Assembly (NCBI GenBank): GCA_977017575.1
Contig: CDRNVI010000122.1
Coordinates: forward strand, 1-18,945
Length of the DNA: 18,945 nt
Source of the DNA: Paramoeba atlantica
Lineage: Eukaryota > Protista > Discosea
Direction of reading: 5' to 3'
Shown here: one piece after another, positions 18,004-18,945 of the stretch
Layout: each line of letters opens with the position of its first letter
How positions within the stretch are numbered: the first letter of the stretch is position 1
The notes under the pieces: model-generated
Told to the model about the DNA's origin: nothing
The model's database searches: none
Seen by the model: only the letters and a program-made list of their open reading frames with translations
Translations under genes and position numbers: made by a program

Positions 18004-18945
18004 ATGACCGTAATCGACATTCCTTTGACAGCCCGACGGTCATCACGCAGTGCTTCTCCGGCCTCTGAGCCGCTCGTGCCTACCGAGCCGCTTAGTCAGC
18101 AGGAGTTAAGTTTGGTTTGTACAGTGGCAAGGGAGAAATTGTTGTTCAAAAAATCGGTACAAGTGCGTGCGATCTTTCGACGGAAAGATGATTTAAATGG
18201 TGGTCGACAGACTGTGATGGGAAAGTTGCGAAAGGATGGCCTGGATTTATGGGCGGTGTGGGAGGACAAACCGTCCAAGGAGTACCAGTTTCCTCATCCG
18301 GATTTGGATTATTATGAGCTCAACATTATCGAAGATCGAGAACTACCACCCGCTCTTATTGAGAACTCTTCGCAATTACTCACCGATGAAACGCATCAGC
18401 TGGGCTCACGTAATGAGGCTGCCGGCATGCAAGAGGTAATTGGGGGGAGAACTGGTGCCGCACCAATTTCAGAGGCTTTACGGGAAGGCAGATTACTCGA
18501 CCCGAATGCATTGAACGCCTACGAACCTTTGACTTACGAGCCTTGGATTAATGCGGTGGATGACGATGGTTTTCGCACTAGGGACCTGATTCGCGAGCTT
18601 CGGGATGCGCCTGAGTTTGGTTTACGCGTTAATCAGTTTTATCATGATCGCACGTTTATTAAGCAGCAAGAGCGTTTGTTTAATTCTGTATTTTGCAAGT
18701 GGATTATTTTTGCGCGTTTGATACCCAACTGGAATGAAGGTGTGTACCTCGAAATGGGACGTGGGATTGTGCAGACACTTCGTGACGCGTACTGGCGAGC
18801 ACGCCGCGTAGATGTGGACTTGGTCCATCAAAAAATGGAGAAGGATATCCGTCCGGACGACAAGTTTTATCATCACGTGAATGATCAATTGGTTGAGCGA
18901 CAGAAGCAATATGCACGTGTTCAGTCTTTCTCTGCTCCACCATCT
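18004..18945 (+). CDS. 314-codon ORF open to the window end; putative gag-like ORF1 of a YR retrotransposon
   Basis: Manual translation MTVIDIPLTARRSS..WIIFARLIPNWNEGVYLEMGRGIVQTLRDAY.. with no stop. The gag-like call rests on context and vague similarity only. Confidence 0.55.
   Translation, partial: MTVIDIPLTARRSSRSASPASEPLVPTEPLSQQELSLVCTVAREKLLFKKSVQVRAIFRRKDDLNGGRQTVMGKLRKDGLDLWAVWEDKPSKEYQFPHPDLDYYELNIIEDRELPPALIENSSQLLTDETHQLGSRNEAAGMQEVIGGRTGAAPISEALREGRLLDPNALNAYEPLTYEPWINAVDDDGFRTRDLIRELRDAPEFGLRVNQFYHDRTFIKQQERLFNSVFCKWIIFARLIPNWNEGVYLEMGRGIVQTLRDAYWRARRVDVDLVHQKMEKDIRPDDKFYHHVNDQLVERQKQYARVQSFSAPPS

Noticed and set aside
624-18943. Numerous 60-180 aa ORFs in the track (e.g. 2495-3037, 7638-8021, 9559-9960, 17163-17627, 18622-18909)
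   Set aside because: These are antisense or off-frame shadows of TE coding sequence, or low-complexity DNA, with no motifs.
1-18945. Spliced-leader RNA repeats or telomeric TTAGGG arrays (known targets of SLACS/CRE and TATE)
   Set aside because: Neither was found on either strand; no tRNA or rRNA was recognised either.

Overview
Eukaryotic, probably euglenozoan/kinetoplastid-like (inference), transposon-only region with no recognisable host gene. It is a mosaic of 11 truncated fragments of CRE/SLACS-like RLE non-LTR retrotransposons from two families: A (NYVNPYLF..RARRIRSGPDL) and B (YIPS/P..EREPR..WxxG..YDLTV). There are also two short duplications of these fragments. Three segments belong to a TATE/VIPER-like tyrosine-recombinase (YR) retrotransposon: YR 7151-8026, RT/RNase H 9605-11161, and a putative gag-like ORF from 18004. 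A 1.1-kb MITE with palindromic TIRs and a 412-bp structured insertion with a 12-bp TSD complete the picture. The most interesting signals are: a dyad motif (AAATTCT-N3-AGTTTACG-N3-AGAATTT) at junctions next to YR-element segments; recurrent head-to-head pairs of truncated copies; stuttered micro-duplications at junctions; a second C2HC finger inside the RLE domain; and flip/flop-like TIR hairpins. Family names come from motif recognition only and no searches were run. Amplification or assembly chimeras cannot be excluded from this sequence alone.
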